Origin: an uncultured Chloroflexia bacterium
GTDB lineage: Bacteria; Chloroflexota; Anaerolineae; Anaerolineales; UBA4823
Direction of reading: 5' to 3'
Length of the DNA: 64,000 nucleotides
NCBI GenBank assembly: GCA_963753725.1
Contig: CAVWDI010000036.1
Location: forward strand, 67,565-131,564
The position numbers were made by a program, and so were the translations under genes. The notes beneath the pieces were generated by a model. That model saw only the letters and a program-made list of their open reading frames with translations. It ran no database searches and was not told the origin of the DNA. Below are positions 31,857-42,765 of this stretch, piece by piece (positions within the stretch are counted from its first letter, which is position 1; each line of letters begins with the position of its first letter).

Positions 31857-32012
31857 TTCCCATTCCAAGTCCGCAATAACCCCCCTGAATAACACGTTGA
31901 GGGTATGACACTAATACCACCTTGCGTGTATACTTCAGGTGTAAGAAGCAATTTTGATCTTGGAGGCAGTTTGGCGTCTCCATCCATTACATATCATAAA
32001 TGGAGTAATATC

Positions 32013-32708
32013 ATGACGAATGAAGAAAAATTTTCCATAGATCAATCTTGGAAGGGAGTTTATAAGGTGAGCGGACTCGCCTTGTTCGCAAGTGGAGCCG
32101 TCGTTATCGTATTCTTTCTTTCCATGGTCATCATGCGAATAACTCTCCCAGACAATGCTCAGGTATTCTTTGAGAATCCGGTGCCCCCGACAATTCTCTA
32201 CATCTTAGCTGCCTTAGGTGAGTTTCTTCTGATGTTCGGGGTGTTGGGACTTTATATAGCTCTGAAGGATGTCAATAAGAACTATATGTTGATCGCCGCA
32301 GCATTTGGTTTTATATCTACACCCATGTGGCTTGTCTCCCGAGCCCAAATCTTCTCCCTCTTTCCAATAAGTGGTAGATACATGGCTACAACCAGCGAGA
32401 TCATGAAAGCAGCATACTTGGCATCGGCAGAGCGTGCAATTGAATTGGCAAACATTTTCGCAACGATGGGTTTAATGTTCTTAGGAGGCGCGTCTATCCT
32501 CATCGGCTTGGTCATGCTGAAGGGAGTCTTCGGTAAACGTGTGGGCTACCTGGTCACAGTTGCAGGCACCTGTATTCTCATTGGCACCTTTGGAATCTTT
32601 TTCAAGCCTATGGCTGTACTAGTACCAATTGGATTAATCCTCAATGCTGCCTGGCAAACTATCGTTGGTATCAAACTCTACAAACTGGGTATGGGCCTTC
32701 CCCTGTAG
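32013..32708 (+). CDS. Polytopic membrane protein (DUF4386-like)
   Basis: From the internal ATG: MTNEEKFSIDQSWKGVYKVSGLALFASGAVVIVFF.... About 6 TM segments. The family assignment is an impression only. Confidence 0.45.
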   Translation: MTNEEKFSIDQSWKGVYKVSGLALFASGAVVIVFFLSMVIMRITLPDNAQVFFENPVPPTILYILAALGEFLLMFGVLGLYIALKDVNKNYMLIAAAFGFISTPMWLVSRAQIFSLFPISGRYMATTSEIMKAAYLASAERAIELANIFATMGLMFLGGASILIGLVMLKGVFGKRVGYLVTVAGTCILIGTFGIFFKPMAVLVPIGLILNAAWQTIVGIKLYKLGMGLPL

Positions 32709-32798
32709 GTCTTGGAATCAAGAGAGAAGCATGTTTCCGCTATCGCGTCACGGGCTTTATTCGACCCTTACCCAAAGCTAAGGGCAATCAAGGAGGGT

Positions 32799-33038
32799 GT
32801 GAAAGCAATGGTCTACCACGAATATGGTTCACCCAACAATCTTGAGTTGGATAAAATAGAAATGCCTGCCGTCAAAGATGATGAAGTGCTGGTGGAAGTT
32901 CATACGGCTTCTGTAAACTGGCTTGACTGGCACTTCCTGACCAGCACACCGTTCCTGGCGCGCTTCATGGCTGGGCTTCTCAAACCAGATAACCAAGAGG
33001 GAAAAGCAACAGGTTCAGAAATAACTGGGCGATCATAA
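32799..33038 (+). pseudogene. Zinc-type alcohol dehydrogenase / quinone oxidoreductase (MDR) N-terminal fragment
   Basis: (V)KAMVYHEYGSPNNLELDKIEMPAVKDDEVLVEVHTASVNWLDWHFLTSTPFLARFMAGLLKP is a typical MDR N-terminus. The rest of the ~330-aa protein is missing. Confidence 0.6.
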
Positions 33039-33130
33039 ATCCATTTTGATATAAATTGAGAAATAGCATTGCCAAAGCTTGCAGTTGATCTGCCTGGAAT
33101 ACTTTCAAGTAATCAGCACCCTATCATCCC

Positions 33131-33400
33131 ATGACACAAGGCAAGATAGAGCGCTGGCATCGTTCCATAAAAAATGTGATCAAACTACAGAATTACTACT
33201 CTCCGTCTGAGTTGGAACGAGCAATCGCTGAGTGGGCGGAGTACTACAACAACCAGCGATATCATGAGTCGCTGGAAAATGTCACTCCCGCCGATGTTTA
33301 TTTTGGAAGAGAAAAGGAGATCATCAAGAAAAGAAACAAACTCAAAGAACAGAGCCTGGCTTTACGTCGCCAGCAATACCTGCAAATTGTGGGTGTATAA
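33131..33400 (+). mobile_element. C-terminal fragment of a DDE (rve-type, IS481/IS3-like) transposase
   Basis: QGKIERWHRSIKNVIKLQNYYSPSELERAIAEWAEYYNNQRYHESLENVTPADVYFGR is the conserved end of the integrase core domain. No N-terminal part is present. Confidence 0.6.
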
Positions 33401-33725
33401 TCAAATCAACGAGGCGAAAAGTCTCCATAAATAAATCTGCCCTTGTGTCCAAAATTCTTTGAACCGGTACATCTTTGTCAATGGTGTAAATTCTATTATG
33501 CTTCCAGTGATAAATCAGAGATAACATTTTTTCCTGAAGTCGGTCATAATATTCTATCCATTAATTGATTCACAATTTATAAAATGGTCAGGATTATGAA
33601 TTCCTACCATGCCAAACATCACATATCATATCTGTATTGATAATAACAATTCTGCGGGTGTGTTGACTTTTCCTCTATCGGCAAGTATTATGCAAGATAC
33701 CTGAACTCACTTGGGAAAACAACCA

Positions 33726-34609
33726 ATGAGGTTATTTAATTACAGTAATTTTCACTTGTTGGTTATTTTGACATTATCTGCCTGCTCTGTTCAGGCTTCA
33801 GAATTGGCAAAATCAGTAGTCATCGAATCACCAATCCCAAATAATAAACCAACTTCAACAAATATCAGAATCAATCTACATTGATGATTTTGAGATTATG
33901 ATGGCATTAATTCCAGCTGGAGAATTCCTTATGGGAACAATTAATGGCGATGTCAATACTCGTCCACAACATGAGGTTTATCTCGATTCATTTAATATCG
34001 ACCAGACTGAAATCACCAATTACCAATATTCACAATGCGTTAAATCGCAGGTTTGTACCCAGCCATTAGGTATTGGCTCATCTTCTCGCTCATTTTATTA
34101 CAGCAATTTAATATACAACTTCATCCTGTTATCAACGTTACCTGGGAGATGGCTTTGGATTATTGTGAGTGGCGTGGTGCTCGCTTACCAACAGAAGCGG
34201 AGTGGGAAAAAGCTTCTCGGGGGGTATAGAAGATAAGCTATACCCTTGGGGGGATAAAAATGCCGATTGCTCAATTGTTAATTATTTGTCGAAGAGCGAC
34301 TTCTGCATTGGAGATACCACCAGCGTGTCAAGTTATCCCTCAAATGGCTATGGACTATATGACATGGCTGGTAATGTGTGGGAATGGGTAGCAGATTGTT
34401 ATGCGAGCGATTATTATGTAGCTTCCCCTGACATAAATCCCCCAGGTCCTTCTTGTACCGGTGAACGTGTATTACGGGGAGGCTCATGGAATGATGGTTT
34501 AAAATTCATTCAACTGACTCATCGTTATAGTTATCCCCAAGATCACAGGGGTTTTGGGCTAAACTTTTTTGGATTCCGTTGTGCTCGTTCTATTCAGGCT
34601 GAACAATAA
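33726..34609 (+). pseudogene. Formylglycine-generating-enzyme (SUMF1/FGE-sulfatase) domain lipoprotein with about 3 frame shifts (provisional)
   Basis: Signal MRLFNYSNFHLLVILTLSAC. Across three frames: MALIPAGEFLMG, (frame 2) [34 protein letters not shown], then EDKLYPWGD, YGLYDMAGNVWEWV, RVLRGGSW. One shift falls at the G6 run 34219-34224. Confidence 0.7.
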
Positions 34610-34895
34610 CCCTTGTATCGTTTCCAGGCCTGGAAAATAAATTGAGTAAAAAAATAATAGAGACATTTTCAATATTAATGTCAATATATTTAATCCCCTT
34701 CCCTTCTTCAAGTCTTACGCACTTGCAGGGTAATTGCGGTGCAAATGGATCAAGAAAGCATGGAAATTGTGGACAGTATGGACGCATTTTGTAACTATTA
34801 ATATAACAAATGACGCAATAACACAGCAAAATACTACCTGGACGTGCTTTTGCCAATCTTAAATCCGCCGGTTGAGGGCTAAGAGTTTTGAAAAC

Positions 34896-36765
34896 CTAAA
34901 TAGAAGTCGTGGTATTCACATTCTGCAATGGCAGATAAACTCCCCTGGCCTCACCACTCGGAACACAATGGGATTCATTATCCTGTATGTTGAAAGCATA
35001 CAGTGAATACACCCCCACACCGCCATAAGAGAACAGTTCAGAAGCGACCGTCTGCTCATACCCGTACAGCCGTTCCTCCAGTTTATTCCGATCGTACCCG
35101 AACGGCTCCAGCACCGACTCTGCCGCCCGCAGCAGCAGCTCTTTGTAGTAGTCCAGGTTCAGTGCGGCGCGCTCCAGCGGCTGGGGCAGGTCCCAGGCGT
35201 GCACACCCGGCTGGCCGCGCGTGTAGTGGAAGCGCACGCTCTGCCCGGCACGCAGGGTCTTGCCAACGGCCTGCAGTTGGAAGGCAGCCCGTGCGGATGG
35301 GGAGGGCACGCGGTATTCGTTTAGCTCCCGGCTGAGCTTCTGCTTGACCAGCAGGTCTTTCAGCGGCACCCAACCGTGCCGCAGGTCGACCAACTTGCGG
35401 CGTAATAATGCAAAGACCTGCTCCAGGCTGGTCTCCTCGTCACCTCGTCGGCCGGAAGCCAGCAGCCGCAGGATTTCCATCTGGGTATCGACCACAAAGG
35501 GCGACGCATCACGCCGGCGGGCCTCGATGCCGCGCACTTTGAGCGTGCCGTCCTGGTAGACGCCGAAGTAGCGGTTGGCGACCGGCACGCGCCCGTCCAG
35601 GCGCGAGGGCAGGAAGGCCACCCAGCGGTAGATGCCGTCCAGGGCGATCGGCAGCCCGGTGCGTTTAGCAATCTCTTTCAGCAGGGGCTGTAACGCTTCT
35701 ACGGTCTTTGCGCCAGTTTTCTTGACCCACATGCCGTCTACGTACATGTGCAGCACCTGGTAACCCATGTCCTCAGCGGCTTCTTTAGCGCGCAGCAGCG
35801 CTTCGCGACCGTAAGCGGTGACCGCCTCGTGGGCTTCGATGCGCCCGAAGCGGGCGTTCTTGTAACCCAGGTAGCCAAAACAGGTCACCAGCAGCCATTT
35901 CTGGGCGGAGGCGCGCGCTTCGTAAGATTTGCGGCGCGGGTTCCGAGCGGGGTGGAGGCCAGGCGGTTCTTGAAAGCGATACGTTTGCCGAGTAAAGGGG
36001 AAAGCGTGCGCGGCACCAGGCCGGGCCCCTGCTCGCCGTAGGGCGCCTCAATCACCTGCAGGTCACCGGGGTTGGGCGGCTTTGCGCCGGCGGTCTCGGG
36101 GGAGATGTTGAAGCGCACCATGATCCCGGGATACATGGAGATGAAATCGATCCCGGCCACGTCGTGGTGCAGCCCGACCGTGGGCTGGTAGACCAGCCCG
36201 CCCTGGTCGGCGGCGAACATGTCCAGGGCAGTTTTGGGGCGCTCGGCCTGCTGCTTTTGCCAGGGCACCAGGATGCCCATGCGCAGGGCGGTCAGTATCT
36301 GCATGGAGGAGATGGCGGTGCCAGGCGAGGCGCGCGCCGCGGTCTGCAGCGGCAGGGAAGAGACGCGCGCGACACCTCCAGCGAACCCTCCAGTTCGTAG
36401 TCGTCCCACAGCATGATATTGTGGCCGTCCAGGTGCCAGCGCCCGAACAGCAGCACCTGCTGGCCGCGGTAGATCACCTGGCCGTAGGAGAAGTAAGTGC
36501 GCTCCGGGCGGTGGGCGACTCCGAATCTTGAATCGCGGTTGAGCGGCAGCGGGAGGCGGTGTTTTTTCGAGAGTTCGAGCAGGCGCGGTAATAACCCGAT
36601 GTCCCCCCAGGAGGTCAGCAGCAGGTCGGGGTCGTGGCGTTTGAGGATGGCGCGCAGGTTGACCAGCAGCGGCCGTTCGGGCTTTAATGCCAGGCGGTAG
36701 TTATAGCGCTCGAAGTTCAGGAGGAGATGGCTGGGCGGCGAGCGGTTGGGGTCGCGGTCCGGCCT
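34896..36765 (-). pseudogene. Family-B DNA polymerase gene fragment (5'-truncated, at least 2 frame shifts) in a GC-rich block
   Basis: Minus-strand pieces carry an exo-like region (KRHDPDLLLTSWGD, GRWHLDGHNIM), motif A GIDFISMYPGIM, motif B-like QKWLLVTCFGYLGYKNARFG, a motif C-like region GYQVLHMYVDGMWV, and KVRGIEARRRD. About 625 codons are present versus roughly 780-800 expected. Confidence 0.7.
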
Positions 36766-38364
36766 GATATAGTCATCCTGGCTGGATCACAAATATTTGT
36801 CATCGAGTATAAGGATTTATCTCGCCCCAATCGTGCCTCCATTGATCAAGTATCCGCTTACGCTCGCGATCTCGAGCATTATCATGCTGCTTCTCATGGT
36901 AGAGATGTGTTTCCAATACTGAATCTAACGAGAGCAATCTCACAGCACGACCGTGTTAGTGAAGTATTAATAGTATCTCCAGACATACTCCCAAATCTAT
37001 TATCTGATTTATATGTTTCTTCAACTGATAATCCAATCGATCCAGACACCTGGCGTAATTCAGACTACGCTCCCTTACCCTCCTTAGTTAGTGCTGCACC
37101 CAGAATATTTCAGCATGAACCCTTGCCTTATATAAAACGCGCTGAAAGTGCAGGAATACCTGATACAATAAATAATCTAGTGAATATCGCGGGTCAAGCT
37201 CAAGTCAATCAACAACATCACCTCTCCTTAGTCACAGGTGTACCTGGCGCCGGCAAGACCTTGGTTGGTATCCAATTTGTTTATGAAAATTATTTCAACG
37301 ATCAGGGCTCTCAACGCACTGCTGTATTTTTATCCGGTAATGGACCACTAGTAAATGTACTTCAGCATGCGTTGATTAGTAAAGTATTTGTACAAGATGT
37401 GCATGGTTTCCTACGCCAATATGGTGGTGATCGCACCAATATCCCTGATGAAAATATTTTTGTCTTTGATGAAGCGCAGCGTGCTTGGGATTCATCCCGA
37501 GTCTTGGAAAAGCGTGATCATGCCCATTCCGAACCTTATGACTTTCTTCAAATCGGGGAAAAGAAACCCTGGTCTATGATGTTGGGTTTAATTGGTGATG
37601 GACAAGAAATCCATATCGGTGAGGAAGCCGGGCTAATCCAATGGAATGATGCAATCTCTGAAATGTCCCTTCCTTGGATTGTCCATTGTCCTGATCATAT
37701 TGCTACATTGTTCACTTCAGCTGATAGCGTTAATACAAGTGAATCTCTAAACCTTACTGCTTCTCTTAGATCGCATATTTCTGAGCATGTTCAAACTTGG
37801 GTCAAGCATCTTCTTTTGGGGGATTTGACTTTAGCTTGAGATTTAGCCCCAGGTATTCAAAAGCAAGCTTTTGATATGTATATAACCAGAAATCTTGATA
37901 TTGCTAAGCAATATTTGTTTTCAAGATACGATGGTTTATTTGAAAAACGTTATGGCTATCTCGCCTCGTCAAAAGCGAAAAATCTTGAACAATACGGAAT
38001 TGATAACAGTTATCTAACCACAAGGAAATTACGAGAAGGTCCTTGGTATAACGATCCCCCATTTTCTCCTGATTCTTGTTGTCAACTAAAGAAAGTCGCA
38101 ACAGAATTTGCTTGCCAAGGACTTGAATTAGATTTTCCTATTATTTGCTGGGGGGATGATTTGATATGGAGGAACTCAAATTGGTACAGTTGTCCACCAG
38201 GACCACGATCGAAAGCACGCGATCCACATAGCCTTAGGTTGAATAGTTATCGTGTTCTTCTTACGAGAGGAAGAGATGGGTTTGTAATATTTGTTCCCCC
38301 AGAAGCAAATATGGAGACCACGTGCTGTGCGTTAATAAGCGCAGGCATAAGTGAATTGAATTAA
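36760..38364 (+). pseudogene. DUF2075-family P-loop ATPase (Schlafen-like), N-terminally truncated and carrying an in-frame TGA at 37837-37839
   Basis: RPDIVILAGSQIFVIEYKD (nuclease-like core), Walker A VTGVPGAGKTLVG, Walker B FVFDEAQRAW, IGDGQEIHIGE. ORFs 36727..37839 and 37876..38364 share one frame. Confidence 0.65.
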
Positions 38365-38592
38365 CTGCCCCACAGAAACTGGTCCAAAAGATAATTTAGG
38401 ACTAAGGCAAAAAGGAGGCAGGCAGAATGCCACGGAAACAAGTTTCATCTGAACAGATTATTACATCTTAATCAAGCCACACAGTTCACAAGGTTACAAA
38501 CCACCAGCTCCAGCTACTGTCGTGATGTGATCTTCTCAAATTAATCAAGTTAGTCTAACATTGTGACTGGTACATATTATGGGGGCAAGTCA
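38362..38592 (+). mobile_element. MITE-like internal-deletion derivative of the IS3-family element found at 49612..50842
   Basis: The left ~105 nt match the IS left end, including the first 13 orfA codons (atgccacggaaacaagtttcatctgaacagattattaca). The right ~125 nt match the IS right end up to gggggcaagtca. Confidence 0.7.
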
Positions 38593-38973
38593 GTTACATT
38601 CGATAAGGATGTTGTTAACTACAAGGCTCATGTGATCGGATTTGAGAGCAGTCAAATCCAACTACACATCTATTCTGAATGGGAAGCGGACTGGGAGAAG
38701 CTTGTGATAGAGGGACAAGCGCCGCCGCGCATTTCTCTGGTTACACCTGTGGAGCAATTCACCCTTGGCAGTACACCAGCAGTGCGTTATATATCCACGA
38801 ACCCCGACTCGAAAATGTTACTCTATAACAAAGGGGCATGGGCATATTTTCACAAAAAGCTTTATTCGTTTTCGTTCATCAGTGCTCCGTATTTGCCTTC
38901 ATGTGATGCCCTGCCTCTTTCCGAAGAACAGGTCTATGAATACCTCGTTTCGACGGTTGAATTCTTGGAATAG
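38563..38973 (+). CDS. Hypothetical protein (start uncertain; the track start lies inside the MITE)
   Basis: 136-aa ORF with no recognisable motifs. Confidence 0.25.
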   Translation: MTGTYYGGKSVTFDKDVVNYKAHVIGFESSQIQLHIYSEWEADWEKLVIEGQAPPRISLVTPVEQFTLGSTPAVRYISTNPDSKMLLYNKGAWAYFHKKLYSFSFISAPYLPSCDALPLSEEQVYEYLVSTVEFLE

Positions 38974-39057
38974 CTTTGTGACAAGGCTGCCCCATCCACC
39001 GTTAGGCTGGTCATTCGATCAGGGTGTTAGCTTTGGTTGTTGTCATAGGAACCCAGC

Positions 39058-39612
39058 ATGAAAGCAAACACATCTCTTCCTTCTAATTATTCCCATTACA
39101 CTATTCTCGAGCCATTGAAGTCTCCCAAATTCATACTCATGGCGATCGTTACTGGCATTGCATTGCTCCTTATATTTGGCTGGCTATTCGTGTTTCTCGC
39201 AGACACCCTCCGCCCAACCAGCCTGGACGGCATGCGACTACGCAATGGTTTCAGTACGACGAGCACAGGAATCTCCTTTGCTGTCTCGCCAGCATTGCTC
39301 CGAAATATCGTTATTGCTCTGGTTGCAGTATTAATCGTCCACGAACTCGTGCACGGCTTGTTTTACTGGCTGTTTTCAAGCCGACGCCCAAAGTTTGGAT
39401 TTCAGGGTCTCTTGCCTTATGCAGCGGCACCGATCGGTGTATACTTTCCGCGAAAGCAATTCATCACCATAGGTCTAGCCCCTCTGGTGTTGCTTACCGC
39501 GGTTGGCCTGCTACTCCTGGTAATCGCACCCATCGCCCTTGTCCCCCTTTTCTTCTTCTTTGTTGCCTCCAACGCAGCCGGAGCAGCTGGCGATTTGATC
39601 ATAGAGATTTAG
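39058..39612 (+). CDS. DUF3267-like membrane protein with HExxH (putative zincin)
   Basis: 184 aa and 3-4 TM segments, with HELVHGLFYWLF at a TM boundary as in the DUF3267 family. Confidence 0.55.
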   Translation: MKANTSLPSNYSHYTILEPLKSPKFILMAIVTGIALLLIFGWLFVFLADTLRPTSLDGMRLRNGFSTTSTGISFAVSPALLRNIVIALVAVLIVHELVHGLFYWLFSSRRPKFGFQGLLPYAAAPIGVYFPRKQFITIGLAPLVLLTAVGLLLLVIAPIALVPLFFFFVASNAAGAAGDLIIEI

Positions 39613-39752
39613 CTAATGTCGTTTTCCTCAAATACCATGATGGAGGATAACAACGTGGGCTTGATAATTTATGGACCCAAGAGAAACAGAAAAGCCGCCT
39701 AACACCCACGTGGTGCAGTAACCATAAGTGAATCTTTGGTTCGGAGGATGAT

Positions 39753-40475
39753 ATGACATCGAAGAAGGTAGTTGGTCAAAAGGTAGTACTAACAATTTCC
39801 GCTCGCCAGTGGATCCGTTTGATTGCGGTGTATCTCTTCATACCACTGGTTCTATTCGTTTGCGGAGGTGATTTCGGTTGGTGGCAGGCCTGGGTGTATT
39901 CCCTGCTAATTGTTGCTGCTGGAGTGGGAGGGCGTATTTTGGCGGAACGGCGGCATCCGGGATTGATGGCAGAACGACAAAATATAGAAAATATCCAAGA
40001 AGCGAAAACTTGGGATAAAGTGCTTGCCCCGTTGATGGCATTGAGTATAGGCTTCCCACTAGTCATTGTGGCCGGGCTGGACCATCGCTTTGGTTGGTCA
40101 CCTGTATTCCCGCTATGGCTCATCGTGCTCGGATTCTTCTTAATCGCGCTCGGATACACTTTTTCTGCGTGGGCATTGGTGGAGAACCGTTTCTTTTCCA
40201 GCGTGGTGCGTATTCAAACGGATCGAGGGCATGAAGTGTGTGATAGCGGCCCATATCGAATCGTTCGGCATCCAGGCTATGCCGGAAATATTCTGCCACT
40301 GCTAGGAATTGTGCTGGCTTTAAGCTCCTTGTGGACACTCATTCCGGCAGCTGTGGCGCTGGTCATAGCAGTGATCAGAACCACACTGGAAGACCAAACG
40401 CTGCAAGAAGAGCTGCCGGGGTATCAGGAATATGCTCATCGCGTGCGCTATCGGTTGATTCCGGGGATTTACTGA
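39753..40475 (+). CDS. Isoprenylcysteine carboxyl methyltransferase (ICMT)/phospholipid methyltransferase family membrane protein
   Basis: Polytopic. C-terminal GPYRIVRHPGYAGNIL...TLEDQTLQEELPGYQEYAHRVRYRLIPGIY is the characteristic ICMT-family block. Confidence 0.7.
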   Translation: MTSKKVVGQKVVLTISARQWIRLIAVYLFIPLVLFVCGGDFGWWQAWVYSLLIVAAGVGGRILAERRHPGLMAERQNIENIQEAKTWDKVLAPLMALSIGFPLVIVAGLDHRFGWSPVFPLWLIVLGFFLIALGYTFSAWALVENRFFSSVVRIQTDRGHEVCDSGPYRIVRHPGYAGNILPLLGIVLALSSLWTLIPAAVALVIAVIRTTLEDQTLQEELPGYQEYAHRVRYRLIPGIY

Positions 40476-41025
40476 AAGATGTCACCATACATCGTTGCGC
40501 TGATCAACCCGCGGCTGCACCCGACGTGGCTATCCCAAGCGATTGGGAAGTTAGCTAAGCCCGCCGCCGAGGTCTCTGCCGAAGGCTCGTTGCCCAAGCT
40601 GCGGTCAGCCGCTGCTTTTCCGCTGTTAAATTCAATCTACTGGACGTTGCCCACCATGAGCGGCTACGTTTCCCCGTCCTCACTTTTTCACTGGATGCTG
40701 GATTGCGCACTTGCACCCTTGGTTCCACTCGTCTCATGCCAGGAAATATTTATCCGATTGTCTCTTTCACTGGATTCCTGGTTTGTGCAGACAGGCTTTA
40801 TTGTCGTACAATCAATACATATCTATCGATTTGATGACGGTTTTGACCTAGTAGCGTACCTTAAACCCCAAATATCCAGGTGCGTTTACTAAGACGGCTT
40901 AGTTCAACTCGGTTTGATGTGGCGGCTCAACGAACTGGCGTTTCGACTTTCCCCCACCCCGCCACATCAAACCTTAACCATTGCAGTAGAGAAATCAATT
41001 CACACCTGTAAGGAGATATTTCACA

Positions 41026-41772
41026 ATGGACATTCCAAGGATCTTCAACATCACCGAAAGTGCTCATCGCATCCACAACCCGTTCACACCCGAAAAACTC
41101 GCTACTCTCGGCGCGGCGTTGCGACTGGAACCGGGGACCCGTGTCCTCGACCTCGGCAGCGGCTCGGGCGAGATGCTGTGCACCTGGGCACGCGATTACG
41201 GAATCATTGGCACTGGTATCGACATGAGCCAATTGTTCTCCGATCAAGCGAAGCGCCGCGCTGAAGAACTCAGTGTTGCCGGCCAAGTCGAGTTTATCCA
41301 CGGCGACGCTGCCGGCTACGTAGCCGCCGAAAAGGTCGGAGTGGCAGCCTGTCTCGGCGCCACGTGGATCGGCGGGGGAGTTGTCGGCACGATCGAACTT
41401 CTGGCGAAAAGCCTCCGCACGGGAGGGATCATCCTCATCGGCGAGCCCTATTGGTTGCAGTTACCGCCGACAGAAGACGTTGCCAAGGGTTGCCATGCCG
41501 GTTCGATAGCCGACTTTCTCATGCTTCCAGAACTGATCGCATCTTTCGGCAGACTCGATTACGACGTCGTGGAAATGGTTCTGGCAGACCAAGAGGGCTG
41601 GGACAGGTACGAGGCAGCCAAGTGGCTCACCATGCGCCGATGGCTCGAAGCGAATCCCGATGACGAGTTCGCGAAAGAAGTGCGAGCCCAACTGACCTCG
41701 GAACCCGAACGCTACGCCACGTACACGCGTGAATACTTGGGCTGGGGGGTGTTCGCGCTGATGGCGCGGTGA
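41026..41772 (+). CDS. Class I SAM-dependent methyltransferase
   Basis: Motif I VLDLGSGSGEM, and GGIILIGEPYW post-motif blocks. Visibly higher G+C than neighbours. Confidence 0.75.
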   Translation: MDIPRIFNITESAHRIHNPFTPEKLATLGAALRLEPGTRVLDLGSGSGEMLCTWARDYGIIGTGIDMSQLFSDQAKRRAEELSVAGQVEFIHGDAAGYVAAEKVGVAACLGATWIGGGVVGTIELLAKSLRTGGIILIGEPYWLQLPPTEDVAKGCHAGSIADFLMLPELIASFGRLDYDVVEMVLADQEGWDRYEAAKWLTMRRWLEANPDDEFAKEVRAQLTSEPERYATYTREYLGWGVFALMAR

Positions 41773-42375
41773 TGTACGTGCAGGGCGTGTCCACCGGCAA
41801 AGTTGCCGCAATCACCGAACGATTATGCGGCAGCGAGATCTCCTCCACGCAGGTCAGCCGGGCGGCCGCACTGCTGGATGAAGTCCTGGAAGCTTGGCGC
41901 AACCGACCCCTGGGAACAATCATCTACCTGTACCTAGATGCTATGTACGAGAAAGTTCGGGTAGATGGCCAGATCCGGGACGCAGCTGTGCAAATAGCCA
42001 GTTGTGTAAAACCCGACGGTAAACGCTTGATTTTGGGCATTTCTGTCTCAATGGGCGAACAAGAACTGCACTGGCGAGACTTCCTGCAAGGCCTGGTGGA
42101 GCGAGGCTCTGAACGGTGTGGAACTGATCATTAGCGATGCCCATGTTGGCCTGTTGGCAGCCCGCAAAGCGGTATTCAGCGGCATTCCCTGGCAACGCTG
42201 CCAGTTTCACCTCCAGCAGAATGCCAGCCAGTATGTGCCTCGCCTGAGCATGAAGAGAGAAGTAGCTGCAGACATACGGGCTATCTTCAATGCTTCAGAT
42301 CGAACACAGTCTGAAGCTCATCTGCGGAAGATAGTTGAGAAATATGCTAAGACTGCTTCAAGACTGGCCCACTGA
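41769..42375 (+). mobile_element. IS256-family transposase internal fragment (frame-shifted, truncated at both ends)
   Basis: VSTGKVAAITERLCG...RPLGTIIYLYLDAMYEKVR...ELIISDAHVGLLAARKAVFSGIPWQRCQFHLQQN parallels the intact IS256 transposase at 45616..46866 (VSTRKVDALLKALG...YIWLDATYFKVR...LIISDAHEGLKEAL...ASWQRCRVHFMRN). Confidence 0.75.
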
Positions 42376-42531
42376 CCTGGCCCCCAAAAACTGATCCAAA
42401 AGATAAGATAGGATTAGAAGGAAAAGGAAGCAGGTAGAAAGATAGGGTATAGTTTTCACCTGAGGAAATTATTACAATCTGGTCAGGCAGTAAAGTTCAC
42501 TGGGTTACAGACCACCAGCTCCAGCTACTGT
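42373..42531 (+). mobile_element. Second, right-truncated MITE-like derivative of the IS3-family element
   Basis: tgacctggcccccaaaaactgatccaaaagataag... then ...ggttacagaccaccagctccagctactgtc. It abuts and truncates the IS256 fragment. Confidence 0.6.
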
Positions 42532-42765
42532 CCCCAAAAGGCGCTCGCATCCCTGACAGGTCAAGGTCCTGGTTCTCAGGCTGTGTACCGAAAGGGTAGA
42601 CGAATCAGTGAATGGTGATCACTTGATCTTGTTCTACCCTTTTCGCTACCTTTCGTCTAGTATAAGTAACAGGGGCAGGTCAAAAGAAAGAGATTGGAAG
42701 TAAAGATAAAAGAATTGAAAAATGATATTATTAAATTAGAAGAATTGGCATCTTACAAGGAGTAA

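Noticed and set aside
35003-36416. Several 65-110-aa plus-strand ORFs (35003..35335, 35260..35559, 35748..36041, 36164..36400, 36219..36416) and minus-strand alternates in the GC-rich block
   Set aside because: Their Arg/Pro/Ala-rich translations are typical of off-frame reading in high-GC DNA. The PolB frames on the minus strand explain the region.
37837-37839. TGA recoding (alternative genetic code or selenocysteine) as the explanation for the in-frame stop in the DUF2075 gene
   Set aside because: TGA terminates several conserved ORFs at their expected ends in this window, for example the HAD gene (463-465) and the receiver (55940-55942). No SECIS-like hairpin is evident directly downstream.
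40479-41301. ORFs 40479..40892, 40914..41264 and 40927..41301
   Set aside because: They have no family resemblance and partly overlap the well-supported methyltransferase gene (41026..41772). They are probably non-coding or relic sequence.
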